From Nanobdellota archaeon (GTDB taxonomy: Archaea; Nanobdellota; Nanobdellia; Pacearchaeales; GW2011-AR1): a stretch of 64,000 nt of DNA. Both the position numbers and the translations under genes were made by a program. The notes below the pieces were generated by a model. The model was given only the letters and a program-made list of their open reading frames with translations. It did no database searches and had not been told where the DNA came from. The stretch covers positions 54,989-118,988 of the forward strand of contig DUKY01000020.1 in NCBI GenBank assembly GCA_013329055.1, in the 5' to 3' direction. This document shows positions 35,460 to 44,668 of this stretch, in pieces (the first letter of the stretch is position 1; every line of letters starts with the position of its first letter).

Positions 35460-35474
35460 CGTGAGTGTGCCCCC
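35460..35474. repeat. right copy of the inverted repeat bracketing the higher-GC island
   Basis: cgtgagtgtgccccc; see the feature at 33304-33319. Confidence 0.5.
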
Positions 35475-35535
35475 ATAGTCATAATTGCGTATAACATCAA
35501 TTAAATAAACAAAATTATCCAGAAATATTTTAATT

Positions 35536-36120
35536 TTAAATCCCTCGATTATCTAATTCATTGTTTACAACTGCTACAACTTGTGAAGCAAAATACATTT
35601 TGGGTCCAATTGAAATGGGTGTTAAAGATTTTTTTAATCTCTTTAATTCTTTTCTTGGGAATCCTTCATGGTCTCCGATAATGAATGCACATTCTTTTTG
35701 TATTTTTGCTTCTCTTAAAGATTCTCCGCCTTTTTCTAAGATAAAACATTCAACATCTTTATCCAATAATTCTTCTATAACGTGTAAGAAACTTTTTTTT
35801 TCTATGAAACATCCGGGCAAAACTTCTGTTTTTTCTCCGGCTTTATATTTGTATAATATTCTTTTTATAAGATTTCCGACATCTTTTTTTGATATTTCAA
35901 GTTCTGGTGTTACTCTAATTTCTATATGTTTTGGTGGGTCTGGCATTCCATAAAATATAAAGTGGAAGTTTACATCCTCTCTAAATCCGTGTGACAAGAA
36001 TACTCCTTGTATAAATGAGTGAATTGCAATATCCATCCTTCCTGCTTTCATTAAATTTCCATCAGAAAGTGCTTTTCCGCTTGTAACTGCACTATTTGAA
36101 AAATATATTATATGACGCAT
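35536..36120 (-). CDS. trmY: tRNA (pseudouridine54-N1)-methyltransferase TrmY (SPOUT, DUF358)
   Basis: MRHIIYFSN...GRMDIAIHSFIQGVFLSHGFREDVNFHFIFYGMPDPPKHIEI matches the TrmY family pattern. Confidence 0.78.
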   Translation of the reverse strand: MRHIIYFSNSAVTSGKALSDGNLMKAGRMDIAIHSFIQGVFLSHGFREDVNFHFIFYGMPDPPKHIEIRVTPELEISKKDVGNLIKRILYKYKAGEKTEVLPGCFIEKKSFLHVIEELLDKDVECFILEKGGESLREAKIQKECAFIIGDHEGFPRKELKRLKKSLTPISIGPKMYFASQVVAVVNNELDNRGI

Positions 36121-36152
36121 ATTTTATTAAATAAAATTTTACTTATAAACAT

Positions 36153-36186
36153 TGTTTATCCTGTTTATCCTGTTTATCCTGTTTTT
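36153..36186. repeat. 9-bp tandem repeat (tgtttatcc, about 3.5 copies) in the trmY upstream region
   Basis: Read directly from the sequence: tgtttatcctgtttatcctgtttatcctgttttt. Confidence 0.8.
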
Positions 36187-36212
36187 ATTTTCTATTGAAT
36201 TTGAATTTTCAT

Positions 36213-36768
36213 AAAGAATACAAGATTTTAACAAATCCCCTTTTTTCTTTGTTTGAATTTTATTCCCCACATTCTCATAACCTCGCACGAAACTTTGTGT
36301 AGGTAAAAAAGCGTATGAAAATTTGATTTTTGAGATTCCCACTTCAAGTTCAAGCTAAAGCTTGAAGACCCGCCCTTAAAAATATTTGAATTTCCAATAA
36401 GCTAATCAAAAATTAAATTTTTATTATTAAACACACTTTTTTATTTCTTTGCTTGAATTTTAATCTCCCACATTCCCCAAATTATTACAAAAGTAATAAT
36501 TTGCCTTTAAGCTATAGAAAAAATAATATTTTTTCTAAAAAGTAAACTAAACCAACGTTAATTCAATTAGTTTACTTCGTTAAAATCTTATTGTTGGTAT
36601 GCTTTTTTTATTATTTGCGAAGTTACTCTACTCCTTGTGAAAACTTGCTTTAAATCAAGAAAAAATTTTGATTTATTGGCAATTTTCAAAGTTACTCGCC
36701 CCTTTATTGCTTTGCAATATCTCACCTTTAAGTTTCATTAAAATCTTATTGTTGGTATGCTTTTTTTA
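36213..36768. repeat. about 550 bp mosaic of family-A modules with a nested family-B copy (36321-36414)
   Basis: It contains ...cgcacgaaactttgtg interrupted by other modules, and the B core cccacttcaagttcaagctaaagcttgaagacccgccc. The two-hairpin module tagagaa.../agtaaacta...tagtttact matches 7855-7921. Two ...attgttggtatgcttttttt arms are present. Confidence 0.8.
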
Positions 36769-36826
36769 CTTTTAAGAAGTTTGGGAATTGAATAAAAAAA
36801 TTTTAATGGGTCATTTTTATCAAAAG

Positions 36827-36837
36827 ATATTTAAATG
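36827..36837 (+). promoter_or_regulatory. TATA-box-like element
   Basis: atatttaaatg is centred about 26 nt upstream of the ATG at 36858. Confidence 0.45.
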
Positions 36838-36857
36838 AATTTTATTAAGATATCATT

Positions 36858-37613
36858 ATGAAAATGAAATTTGGTGCAATTTTTAGTTTTTTACTAACGA
36901 TATTAGTTTTATCTGTCGTTACTGCTTCAATGATAATTCCAGTTAATGATCGGGCAAAGGAAAATTCCCCTGCTCCATCAAAGTCACCAGTTATTGGAGA
37001 AAATTGGAATTTAGAAAGAGTAGATTTTATTCATTATGCAAAACCTGATAGTATTGGAAAACCAACAAAGGCTAATACTTGTTATAAGTTAATGGGTGTA
37101 AAATGGAAATCTTTACCTGTAAATTATATAATTAATCCAACAAATCAAGATGGTTTGTCTTATGATTTTGTTGTAAACACTATCAGTAGTTCTGCAGAAA
37201 ATTGGGATAGTCAGACTTCATCAGAATTATTTAATAATAATTATGTTGTTGATTATAATTCTCAATATGGTGTTCAGGATTATAAAAATTCTATTGTTTT
37301 TGGAAATTATCCCGAGGGTAATGTTATAGGTGTTACTTCTGTATGGTATACCCGAGTTGGAAAAGAAATTGTAGAATTTGATATGTTATTGAATGATAAT
37401 TATCAATGGGGTGATGCAACTGTTGATTCTTCTTTAATGGATTTAGAAAATATTATGACTCATGAATTAGGTCATTCTGTTGGTTTAGCTGATATTTATA
37501 CTGATAGTTGTTCAAGCGTTACAATGTATGGTTATTCTAATTATGGGGATATTGAAAAAAGAAGTTTAGAGAATCCGGATATTTTAGGTTTACAAAGTAT
37601 GTATGGAATATAA
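36858..37613 (+). CDS. secreted matrixin-like (M10) zinc metalloprotease
   Basis: The signal/TM is FGAIFSFLLTILVLSVVTA. The zinc motif is HELGHSVGLAD, followed by the Met-turn-like SVTMYGY. Confidence 0.8.
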   Translation: MKMKFGAIFSFLLTILVLSVVTASMIIPVNDRAKENSPAPSKSPVIGENWNLERVDFIHYAKPDSIGKPTKANTCYKLMGVKWKSLPVNYIINPTNQDGLSYDFVVNTISSSAENWDSQTSSELFNNNYVVDYNSQYGVQDYKNSIVFGNYPEGNVIGVTSVWYTRVGKEIVEFDMLLNDNYQWGDATVDSSLMDLENIMTHELGHSVGLADIYTDSCSSVTMYGYSNYGDIEKRSLENPDILGLQSMYGI

Positions 37614-37616
37614 AAA

Positions 37617-37931
37617 TTATTTTTTTTCCCATCTATCTTTATCTCTTCCATAACACTTATTCATTTTCTTTTCCCAGGCTTTATCTAAATCGATGTTATG
37701 AGAATTTGCCATACAAATCATTGCAAAGATAACGTCTGTAATTTCCTCTCCAATCTCTGCAGTATCTTCTTTTGATTTTTTGATTCGTGGTCCATATCTA
37801 TTATTTATCTCTCTTGAAAGTTCCCCTAATTCTTCAACTGCTTGTGCAATAATTGCTAATGGTGGGAAATATCCAATTTTATATTGTGAAATCCATTCAT
37901 CAACTTGTTTTTGAATATCTTTAAGTGTCAT
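37617..37931 (-). CDS. MazG-like nucleotide pyrophosphohydrolase
   Basis: The motifs are AVEELGELSREI and EIGEEITDVIFAMICMAN (EExxE/D metal motifs); 104 aa. Confidence 0.78.
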   Translation of the reverse strand: MTLKDIQKQVDEWISQYKIGYFPPLAIIAQAVEELGELSREINNRYGPRIKKSKEDTAEIGEEITDVIFAMICMANSHNIDLDKAWEKKMNKCYGRDKDRWEKK

Positions 37932-37966
37932 ACTTAAGAAAAATAATTTTGCTTTATTAAATGTTT

Positions 37967-39316
37967 TTAAACAAGACCTTGATCTATCATTGCATCAGCA
38001 ACTTTAGTAAATCCTGCAATATTTGCTCCGGCAACGTAATTATTTGAATATCCGTATTGTTTTGAAGCATCTAAACATGTTTTATGAATATTTTTCATGA
38101 TATCTTTTAGACGTCTGTCAACTTCATTTTTATCCCATGAAAGTCGCATGCTATTTTGACTCATCTCAAGTCCTGAAACACTAACTCCTCCGGCATTTGC
38201 TGCTTTTCCTGGTCCGTATAAAAGATTATTATCTAAGAAAATTTTAACTGCTTCAGGAGTTGAAGGCATATTTGCTCCTTCACTTACTAATTGAACTTTA
38301 TTTTTAATTAAATTTAATGCATCCTGTTCATTAATTTCATTTTGTGTAGCACTTGGAAATGCACAATCTGCCTTATGATCCCATAATGGATTATAAGTTT
38401 CGTTTTCTTTTTTTTGTGTAAATGTTGCATTAGGATATTTTGTTGCATATTCGCTGATTCTTCCTCTTTTAACATTTTTTAATTCTTTTATAAATTGAAG
38501 TTTTTCTTTATTAATTCCTTCTGGGTCATAGATATATCCTGAAGAATCAGAAACTGTAATAACTTTTCCTTTAAGTTCAATTATTTTTTCAATAGTAAAC
38601 TGTGCTACATTTCCTGATCCGGAAACTAAACAAGTTTTATCTTCTAATGTTTCTTTTTTTGTATTTAGCATTTCAGAAGCAAAATAAACATTACCATAAC
38701 CTGTTGCTTCTGGTCTAATAAGGCTTCCTCCCCATTTTAATCCCTTGCCTGTAAAAACCCCGGTAAATTCATTATTTAGTTTTTTATACATTCCAAAAAG
38801 ATAACCAATTTCTCTTGCTCCAACTCCAATATCTCCTGCAGGTACATCTGTGTCTGCTCCGATGTGTCGATATAATTCACTCATAAAACTTTGACAGAAT
38901 CTCATAACTTCTCTATCTGATTTTCCTTTTGGATCAAAATCTGATCCTCCTTTTCCTCCTCCCATTGGCAATGTTGTTAAAGCATTTTTGAATACTTGTT
39001 CAAAAGCAAGAAATTTTAATATACTTAGATTCACTGACGGATGGAATCGCAAACCTCCTTTGTAAGGACCGATTGCACTATTCATTTGGATTCTATATCC
39101 TCTGTTTATCTGAATTTCTCCTTGATCATCAATCCATGGAACTCTAAATTGTATAGTCCTTTCCGGTTCAATCATTCTTTCTAATATTTTTTGAGAGGTG
39201 TAAATTGGATTTTTTGCAATTACTGGTTTAATGCTTTCAACTACTTCAAAAACTGCCTGATGAAACTCTTTTTCATTCGGGTCTCTTATTTTAATGTAAT
39301 CAATAATTGAATTCAT
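37967..39316 (-). CDS. gdhA: glutamate dehydrogenase (NADP-type hexameric family)
   Basis: KGGLRFHPSVNLSILKFLAFEQVFKNALTTLPMGGGKGGSDFDPKGKS is nearly identical to the bacterial GdhA signature. The GSGNVAQ Rossmann motif is present. Confidence 0.93.
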   Translation of the reverse strand: MNSIIDYIKIRDPNEKEFHQAVFEVVESIKPVIAKNPIYTSQKILERMIEPERTIQFRVPWIDDQGEIQINRGYRIQMNSAIGPYKGGLRFHPSVNLSILKFLAFEQVFKNALTTLPMGGGKGGSDFDPKGKSDREVMRFCQSFMSELYRHIGADTDVPAGDIGVGAREIGYLFGMYKKLNNEFTGVFTGKGLKWGGSLIRPEATGYGNVYFASEMLNTKKETLEDKTCLVSGSGNVAQFTIEKIIELKGKVITVSDSSGYIYDPEGINKEKLQFIKELKNVKRGRISEYATKYPNATFTQKKENETYNPLWDHKADCAFPSATQNEINEQDALNLIKNKVQLVSEGANMPSTPEAVKIFLDNNLLYGPGKAANAGGVSVSGLEMSQNSMRLSWDKNEVDRRLKDIMKNIHKTCLDASKQYGYSNNYVAGANIAGFTKVADAMIDQGLV

Positions 39317-39494
39317 TTTAATTTTTTTAAACTATTTAGAATTATTTGTGTAATAAATAAAGTATTACTCATCTTAATATTTTTTATATCCTTTAACTTT
39401 ATAAAGATTATTGTGAATTATTCTATTGGTTGTATCATTATTATTTTTTTAATCACATAATAATCTTTATATTAATTGGATTCATTAATTTAAA

Positions 39495-40400
39495 ATGAAG
39501 AATTTAATTAATAGAATTAAAAGACAATTTTCTTCTCAATTACTTAGGAAAGAACATATCTCTTATCTTTTAGGATGGAACAAATTACTTGGGAATAAAA
39601 AAAAGGTATTGTATAATGCAATGGGGCCTGATTTAAGTACTGTTCTATTATTTGCAAATCCCACTGAGATAATTGGTGTTGATCCAAAAGGTTTTTTTAG
39701 AGATACAGAAGAGTATGTTTTGAAATTTTGGGATTTTATTGATATTAAACCAATTGTTAAGTCAGGAGATTCTTGGTATCATTCTGAAAAAAATATTGCC
39801 AAGTCTTACAAACCTACTGAAGAAGAATTATATTTTTTTAAAGAAGATTTAAACTTTAGAAAAAATTATGGATATTGGGATATTACTCATATTCGACGAT
39901 GGGATCTTGATCGTTTATTGATGATTGAATTTAAAAAATTAAATGTTGATCCTGATTCGATTAAGTTTAATTCAAATCCTTTTCAAATTTCATTTGAGTG
40001 GGCATATCCAAAAGAGAAAGCAAAAGAAAGAAAATTAATTTATCTTCCAGGAACACTTGATAAAGTTTTTGATGGAATCAAAGAGATTGATTGTTATTAT
40101 CAAAAGTCATTGCCGAATCCAAGTGATACTTTAACATATTTAAATTTAGTATTGCCGAATCTTTCTTCAAAAAGTGTTGTGGCTTTAGGTTATATTTTAA
40201 ATGATCGTCCTTATGGATGGAAAAATAATGAGCAATTTTCCCAAGATGTGAAAAAATTATTAGGGGATAGATTCTATTATGAGGAAGGAAATAAAAAATT
40301 AAATAATTTAATTGATAAAATTCCCGATGACGTTAATGATCCTTACAATCAATATGGTATGAAATTACATATTTTTAGAAGTAACTATGTAGAATTATAA
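39495..40400 (+). CDS. hypothetical protein
   Basis: 301-aa ORF with a TATA-like ctttatatta about 27 nt upstream. A possible Rossmann-like VLYNAMGPD...IIGVD is too weak to call. Confidence 0.5.
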   Translation: MKNLINRIKRQFSSQLLRKEHISYLLGWNKLLGNKKKVLYNAMGPDLSTVLLFANPTEIIGVDPKGFFRDTEEYVLKFWDFIDIKPIVKSGDSWYHSEKNIAKSYKPTEEELYFFKEDLNFRKNYGYWDITHIRRWDLDRLLMIEFKKLNVDPDSIKFNSNPFQISFEWAYPKEKAKERKLIYLPGTLDKVFDGIKEIDCYYQKSLPNPSDTLTYLNLVLPNLSSKSVVALGYILNDRPYGWKNNEQFSQDVKKLLGDRFYYEEGNKKLNNLIDKIPDDVNDPYNQYGMKLHIFRSNYVEL

Positions 40401-40407
40401 ATAATTT

Positions 40408-41298
40408 TTATCCTCTTATTGGTTGCATTACAAATTCACCTTTTGCAAAAATAGATTCGTTATTGATTATTTTATAAATTCCGATAAAACGTTTTTTGCA
40501 AAAAACTGTGACTTTTTCTCCATTCTTAAAATTTTGTTCTTCAATTAAGTCGTCATATTTTATTGGCTTACCTGTTAAAATATTTTTTTCACTTGTTGAT
40601 TTTATTTTTATTGTTGGATATAACTCTGTGATTATTTCCCCTGGGATAATCATTTCTCGTAATAATTTTTCATTTCCTTGTTTATATTCTTCGATTGCTT
40701 TTTCTAAATCATATAATTTTATTGCCGGATATTTTGAATCATTTTCTGAAAATATTCCTGCTTTTGTTCTTCTTAATTCCAGCATATGTGCTCCGATGTT
40801 TAATTCTTTTCCAAGATCATCAATTAATTTTCTAATGTAAGTTCCTCCTTGGCATTCAACAGAAAATAAGAAATCTTTTCCATTTTTTTCCAATAGATCA
40901 AACTTTATAATTTCTCTTTGCCGTTCCTGTCTTTTGACTCTTGATTTTAACGGTGGAATTTGATTTATCTTTCCTAAAAATTTTTTTTGGATTTCTTTTT
41001 GAATTTCTTCTAATGAAATATCTTCATGAAGTCGCATAATTCCAACATAAGTTTTATTTTCTCCTAAAAAATAACCTGTTAATTTGCAGGCTCTGTTTAA
41101 TGCTATTGGTAAAACTCCTGTAACTTTTGGGTCTAGTGTTCCGAAATGCGAAGTTTTTCTTAAATTTAAATTTCGTCTTACAAATGCTGAAATGTTGAAA
41201 GATGTTGGTCCTGATGATTTGTCAACATTTATTATTCCGAATTCTAAAAGTTCTTGAATGGATTTAGTTTCTTTAATTTCTTCCAGATTAATATTCAT
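40408..41298 (-). CDS. cbf5: H/ACA RNP pseudouridine synthase Cbf5 (TruB family with PUA domain)
   Basis: HFGTLDPKVTGVLPIAL contains the catalytic Asp motif. GGTYIRKLIDDLG is present, and the C-terminus is PUA-like. Confidence 0.9.
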   Translation of the reverse strand: MNINLEEIKETKSIQELLEFGIINVDKSSGPTSFNISAFVRRNLNLRKTSHFGTLDPKVTGVLPIALNRACKLTGYFLGENKTYVGIMRLHEDISLEEIQKEIQKKFLGKINQIPPLKSRVKRQERQREIIKFDLLEKNGKDFLFSVECQGGTYIRKLIDDLGKELNIGAHMLELRRTKAGIFSENDSKYPAIKLYDLEKAIEEYKQGNEKLLREMIIPGEIITELYPTIKIKSTSEKNILTGKPIKYDDLIEEQNFKNGEKVTVFCKKRFIGIYKIINNESIFAKGEFVMQPIRG

Positions 41299-41311
41299 AG
41301 AATTATGGGGT

Positions 41312-42130
41312 TTAATCGCTTTTAAATAGTTTCTCTAAAGAAGATGTAGGGGTGCTAAATTTTACATAAATTATTGTATCATCTTCATTATGTGATACAC
41401 TTAATCCAATATATGTTTTATCTGTTTTATTTATCTCTGTTTTTGTCCATCTTTTGAATCTATCCCTAAATTCTTTTGAGTATTTTGGTTTTTGTTCTTG
41501 AATTTTCTCCGAAGGATTATTTGTTTTTTCCGGAAAGATATAATTTAAACTTAGTTCTGTTGTTTTTTGTTCCGGTTGCCAAAGGATTTTACTTTCAAAA
41601 TTTTGTCCATATTTTGCTTCAATTCTTGCTCCAATATTATAACCCCATGAATTGTCTTTTCTATCTAAATCCGGTGAAAGTGATACTTTCCATTTTTCAT
41701 CTCCATGATATTTTTTACCTGGAGCATAAAATTCGATACTTCCGTCTTTTTTTCCAATTATTTCTGTTCTTGTCCAGGGTTTTATTTCTTCGTCGTACCA
41801 ATTTATTATATTTTGTATAAATGGTGTTTCTTCAAATGCACTTCCTAATGATTCAAGAAGATCATAAGAAAATTGATCCCTTTGATAATTATGTACGTCT
41901 CTTTTTGTTCCGTCAATATACCATTTGTAGTTATCTTCGCATTTGTAGGGGGTATTTAGTGCTTCTTCTTCTGTACAAGAATCCATTCCATATAATTCTT
42001 TTTTTTCTGTAACTGATTCTTCTAAAGCATCAAAATAATCTTCTGCTAATTTTGTTTGAAAATTTTCTGCATAAGAATGATTTATTGGTAGAAATGTAAG
42101 CATTGCAGTTAATGCAATTTTTTTAATCAT
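41312..42130 (-). CDS. secreted hypothetical protein
   Basis: The N-terminal signal is IALTAMLTFLPINHSYA. No motif. Confidence 0.5.
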   Translation of the reverse strand: MIKKIALTAMLTFLPINHSYAENFQTKLAEDYFDALEESVTEKKELYGMDSCTEEEALNTPYKCEDNYKWYIDGTKRDVHNYQRDQFSYDLLESLGSAFEETPFIQNIINWYDEEIKPWTRTEIIGKKDGSIEFYAPGKKYHGDEKWKVSLSPDLDRKDNSWGYNIGARIEAKYGQNFESKILWQPEQKTTELSLNYIFPEKTNNPSEKIQEQKPKYSKEFRDRFKRWTKTEINKTDKTYIGLSVSHNEDDTIIYVKFSTPTSSLEKLFKSD

Positions 42131-42179
42131 TAAAAAGATAGATTTAGCTAGTTTAAAAGGATTTAGATTTGTCTTTTAT

Positions 42180-42839
42180 TTATTCTATTTGATTTGTGCT
42201 TTCAATTTTTCCTTTTTGTTCTTCTGTTAACATTTTTGCTGTATGTTTCTTTTCTTTTGCTTCCATTTTCATTTCTTTTTGAGCGAATTCTTCCATTGAT
42301 TTGTTTTTTTCTCCTTCAATTATTTCTTTTTCAGTATTTTCTTCTTCTGGAATTTCTTTTTTTGTTGATTTTGTTTTTTGTTTTGCTTCTGCAATTTTTT
42401 CTCTTTTTTCTAATCTTGCTATTTTGAATTTATATTTATCTGATAATTCTGCTAATTCTACTTTTACAATGTCTCCAATTTTAGTTGCTTTAACTTTAAT
42501 TTTGTGTGGCGGACTTCTTATTCCTCTAAACCAAACTGCTTCATTTAGAATTTTATCAATTTTGATTTTTTCCAAGTCTCTGTTTTGAACTCTCATGTGT
42601 CTTGCGATGAATTCTTTTATTGTTTTTACTGCTTTATTTGTTTTTTTGTATCTTGGAACTGATCTGCATTTTTCTCTTAATGGAATAATATATATTCTTT
42701 CTAATTCCGGTGTTTCTTTTGCAACTGGTTTAGTTTTTAGGGGGGTTGTTTTTGGTTTATCTTCTATCTTTGTCTCTTGTTTTGAGATTTTTTCTTCTGT
42801 GATTTTTTTTTCAGTTTTTTCTTTTGCCATTTTATCCAA
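42180..42839 (-). CDS. rpl31e: ribosomal protein eL31 with long K/E-rich N- and C-terminal extensions
   Basis: The core is ERIYIIPLREKCRSVPRYKKTNKAVKTIKEFIARHM...LNEAVWFRGIRSPPHKIKVKA. The flanking sequence is lysine/glutamate-rich low complexity. Confidence 0.85.
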   Translation of the reverse strand: MDKMAKEKTEKKITEEKISKQETKIEDKPKTTPLKTKPVAKETPELERIYIIPLREKCRSVPRYKKTNKAVKTIKEFIARHMRVQNRDLEKIKIDKILNEAVWFRGIRSPPHKIKVKATKIGDIVKVELAELSDKYKFKIARLEKREKIAEAKQKTKSTKKEIPEEENTEKEIIEGEKNKSMEEFAQKEMKMEAKEKKHTAKMLTEEQKGKIESTNQIE

Positions 42840-43035
42840 AGTGTGATTTTCTCATTTTTCGAGGGCTAATCTTTAATTTAGTTCTTCTCCATGATCTTTT
42901 TGTTCTTGTCATAGCTGATGGGTGAATTTTTTTTCCGATTCCGAATTTTTTTATTACTGCCCAAATTGGTGCCCATTTAGTTTGTCGAGCTTTTACTGCT
43001 AACTTTTCTTTTTTTTGTTTGTTTTTGATTGGCAT
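42832..43035 (-). CDS. rpl39e: ribosomal protein eL39
   Basis: The motif is KARQTKWAPIWAVIKKFG...HPSAMTRTKRSWRRTKLKI. Confidence 0.85.
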   Translation of the reverse strand: MPIKNKQKKEKLAVKARQTKWAPIWAVIKKFGIGKKIHPSAMTRTKRSWRRTKLKISPRKMRKSHFG

Positions 43036-43036
43036 T

Positions 43037-43456
43037 TTATATACTCTCCAAAAATATTTTACCTTTTGCTGTTAATTGTCTTCCTGGTCTTTTGCTTTTT
43101 ACCCCTCTAACATCTTTTGCAATTTCAGTAAGACCTGCTAAGTCAGATTGTTGTAAAATTGTTCTTATTATTTTTCCACTTGCTTTTCTGAATTCTTCCG
43201 GTTTAAATCCTCTGTTTTTTTTACTTCCGTATTTTGTTCTTAATCGACTTACTCCAACAATTTTTCTTTTGTAAATTTGTCTTAAGATACTTGCTGTTCT
43301 TTTATACCAGAAATCTTCGTCTTCAATTGGTCGTGATTTTGATGGACCTGATTTTACGAAACTTGCCCAAACTGGTGCTTTAAATTCCGGAATTTGTTTT
43401 AAGCTTTCAGCTAATTTTAAGTTATATGTTTGAGCATCTAATTTGTTTATTGTCAT
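43037..43456 (-). CDS. rps19e: ribosomal protein eS19
   Basis: The motifs are PVWASFVKSGPSKSRPIEDEDFWYKRTASILRQIY and RTKYGSKKNRGFKPEEF. Confidence 0.9.
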   Translation of the reverse strand: MTINKLDAQTYNLKLAESLKQIPEFKAPVWASFVKSGPSKSRPIEDEDFWYKRTASILRQIYKRKIVGVSRLRTKYGSKKNRGFKPEEFRKASGKIIRTILQQSDLAGLTEIAKDVRGVKSKRPGRQLTAKGKIFLESI

Positions 43457-43628
43457 TTGATTTAGCCACTCTTTACAGAGTTAGATCAGCTTTTGGCTGT
43501 TTAGCTAAGGTTAGTGTGTAATTTGGATTTATAAAAGTATCGAATTTAATTTGGAAAGTTTTAAAAAAACTTTTTTATTATATTATTTATTGAATTGGAA
43601 TAATTTCCATTTCAGGAGAAATGAAAAT

Positions 43629-43964
43629 ATGAAAAAGAGTAGCTGGTCAACAATAATTATTGTTTTTGGAATTTTAATTATTTCTGTTTTTATTTTGTAT
43701 AGACCTACTATAGAGACTCCTGAAGAAATTGCAAAATGTATCGGAAGAGAATCTTTGATTTATACTCAGTTAGGTTGTCATGCTTGTTTAATTCAGGAAG
43801 AGATGTTTGGTGATTCTTATAAATATTTGAATAAAATTGATTGTTTTTATGAACGTGAAAAATGTTTAGATATTGGTGCTACGCCTACTTGGATTATTAA
43901 TGGGCAACGGTATGAAGGGGTTCATAGTATTGAAGAATTACAAAATTTAACGGGGTGTGAATAA
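43629..43964 (+). CDS. membrane-anchored thioredoxin-like protein (CxxC)
   Basis: The TM is WSTIIIVFGILIISVFILY. GCHACLIQEEMFG...CFYEREKCLDIGATPTWIING resembles the Trx-like domain associated with VKOR/DsbD systems. I prefer the ATG at 43629 to the TTG at 43551. Confidence 0.6.
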   Translation: MKKSSWSTIIIVFGILIISVFILYRPTIETPEEIAKCIGRESLIYTQLGCHACLIQEEMFGDSYKYLNKIDCFYEREKCLDIGATPTWIINGQRYEGVHSIEELQNLTGCE

Positions 43965-44668
43965 TGATTGATTTAAGTGAATTTTTTAGAATTACTGGTT
44001 TGGCTTTGGCAGATTCTATTAATCCTTGTGCTATTGCTGTTTTAACAATGATTTTAATGTCTATTTTAATTAAAAATCCCGGAAAAAAAGAAAAAGTTCT
44101 TTACGCTGGTTTAAGTTTTATTTTGGCTGTTTATGTTGGATATTTATTTTATGGAATTATTATTGTTCAATTTTTTAAATCGTTTGCTGAAGTTTTAAGA
44201 GATAATTCCGGTTTTGTTTTTAATGGTCTTGCAATTTTTTCTATGATTATCGGGGCATTAAATATCAAGGATTATTTTTTATATAAAAAAGGCGGTATTG
44301 CTACAGAAATGCCGATTTTTTTACGTCCAAAAGTTAAAAAGATTATCGACGGTATTACCTCTCCGTTTGGTGCATTTTTTACCGGATTTTTGATTACTTT
44401 ATTTTTATTGCCGTGTACAATTGGTCCGTATATAGTTGCTTCAGGTTTATTAGCTGATAAGATTTTTTTAATTGCAATTTTTTGGTTATTATATTATAAT
44501 TTGGTTTTTGTTTTACCAATGCTGATTATTGTTGGTATTATTTATTTTGGATTTGTAAAAGTTGACGAAGTTTCCGGCTGGAAAGAAAGTAATATTCGAT
44601 TGTTGCATTTAATTGCCGGTATTTTATTATTTGTCGTCGGATTTTCGTTGTTGATTGGGTGGCTATAA
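43964..44668 (+). CDS. ccdA: CcdA/DsbD-family thiol-disulfide electron transporter
   Basis: It has six TM-like helices and the two conserved Cys-Pro motifs, DSINPCAIAVL and LLPCTIGPY. Start and stop overlap with the upstream Trx-like gene. Confidence 0.78.
   Translation: MIDLSEFFRITGLALADSINPCAIAVLTMILMSILIKNPGKKEKVLYAGLSFILAVYVGYLFYGIIIVQFFKSFAEVLRDNSGFVFNGLAIFSMIIGALNIKDYFLYKKGGIATEMPIFLRPKVKKIIDGITSPFGAFFTGFLITLFLLPCTIGPYIVASGLLADKIFLIAIFWLLYYNLVFVLPMLIIVGIIYFGFVKVDEVSGWKESNIRLLHLIAGILLFVVGFSLLIGWL

Noticed and set aside
33304-35474. Complete transposon or IS element
   Set aside because: Neither ORF resembles a transposase and I could identify no target-site duplication. I kept it only as a compositionally foreign cassette with inverted-repeat ends.
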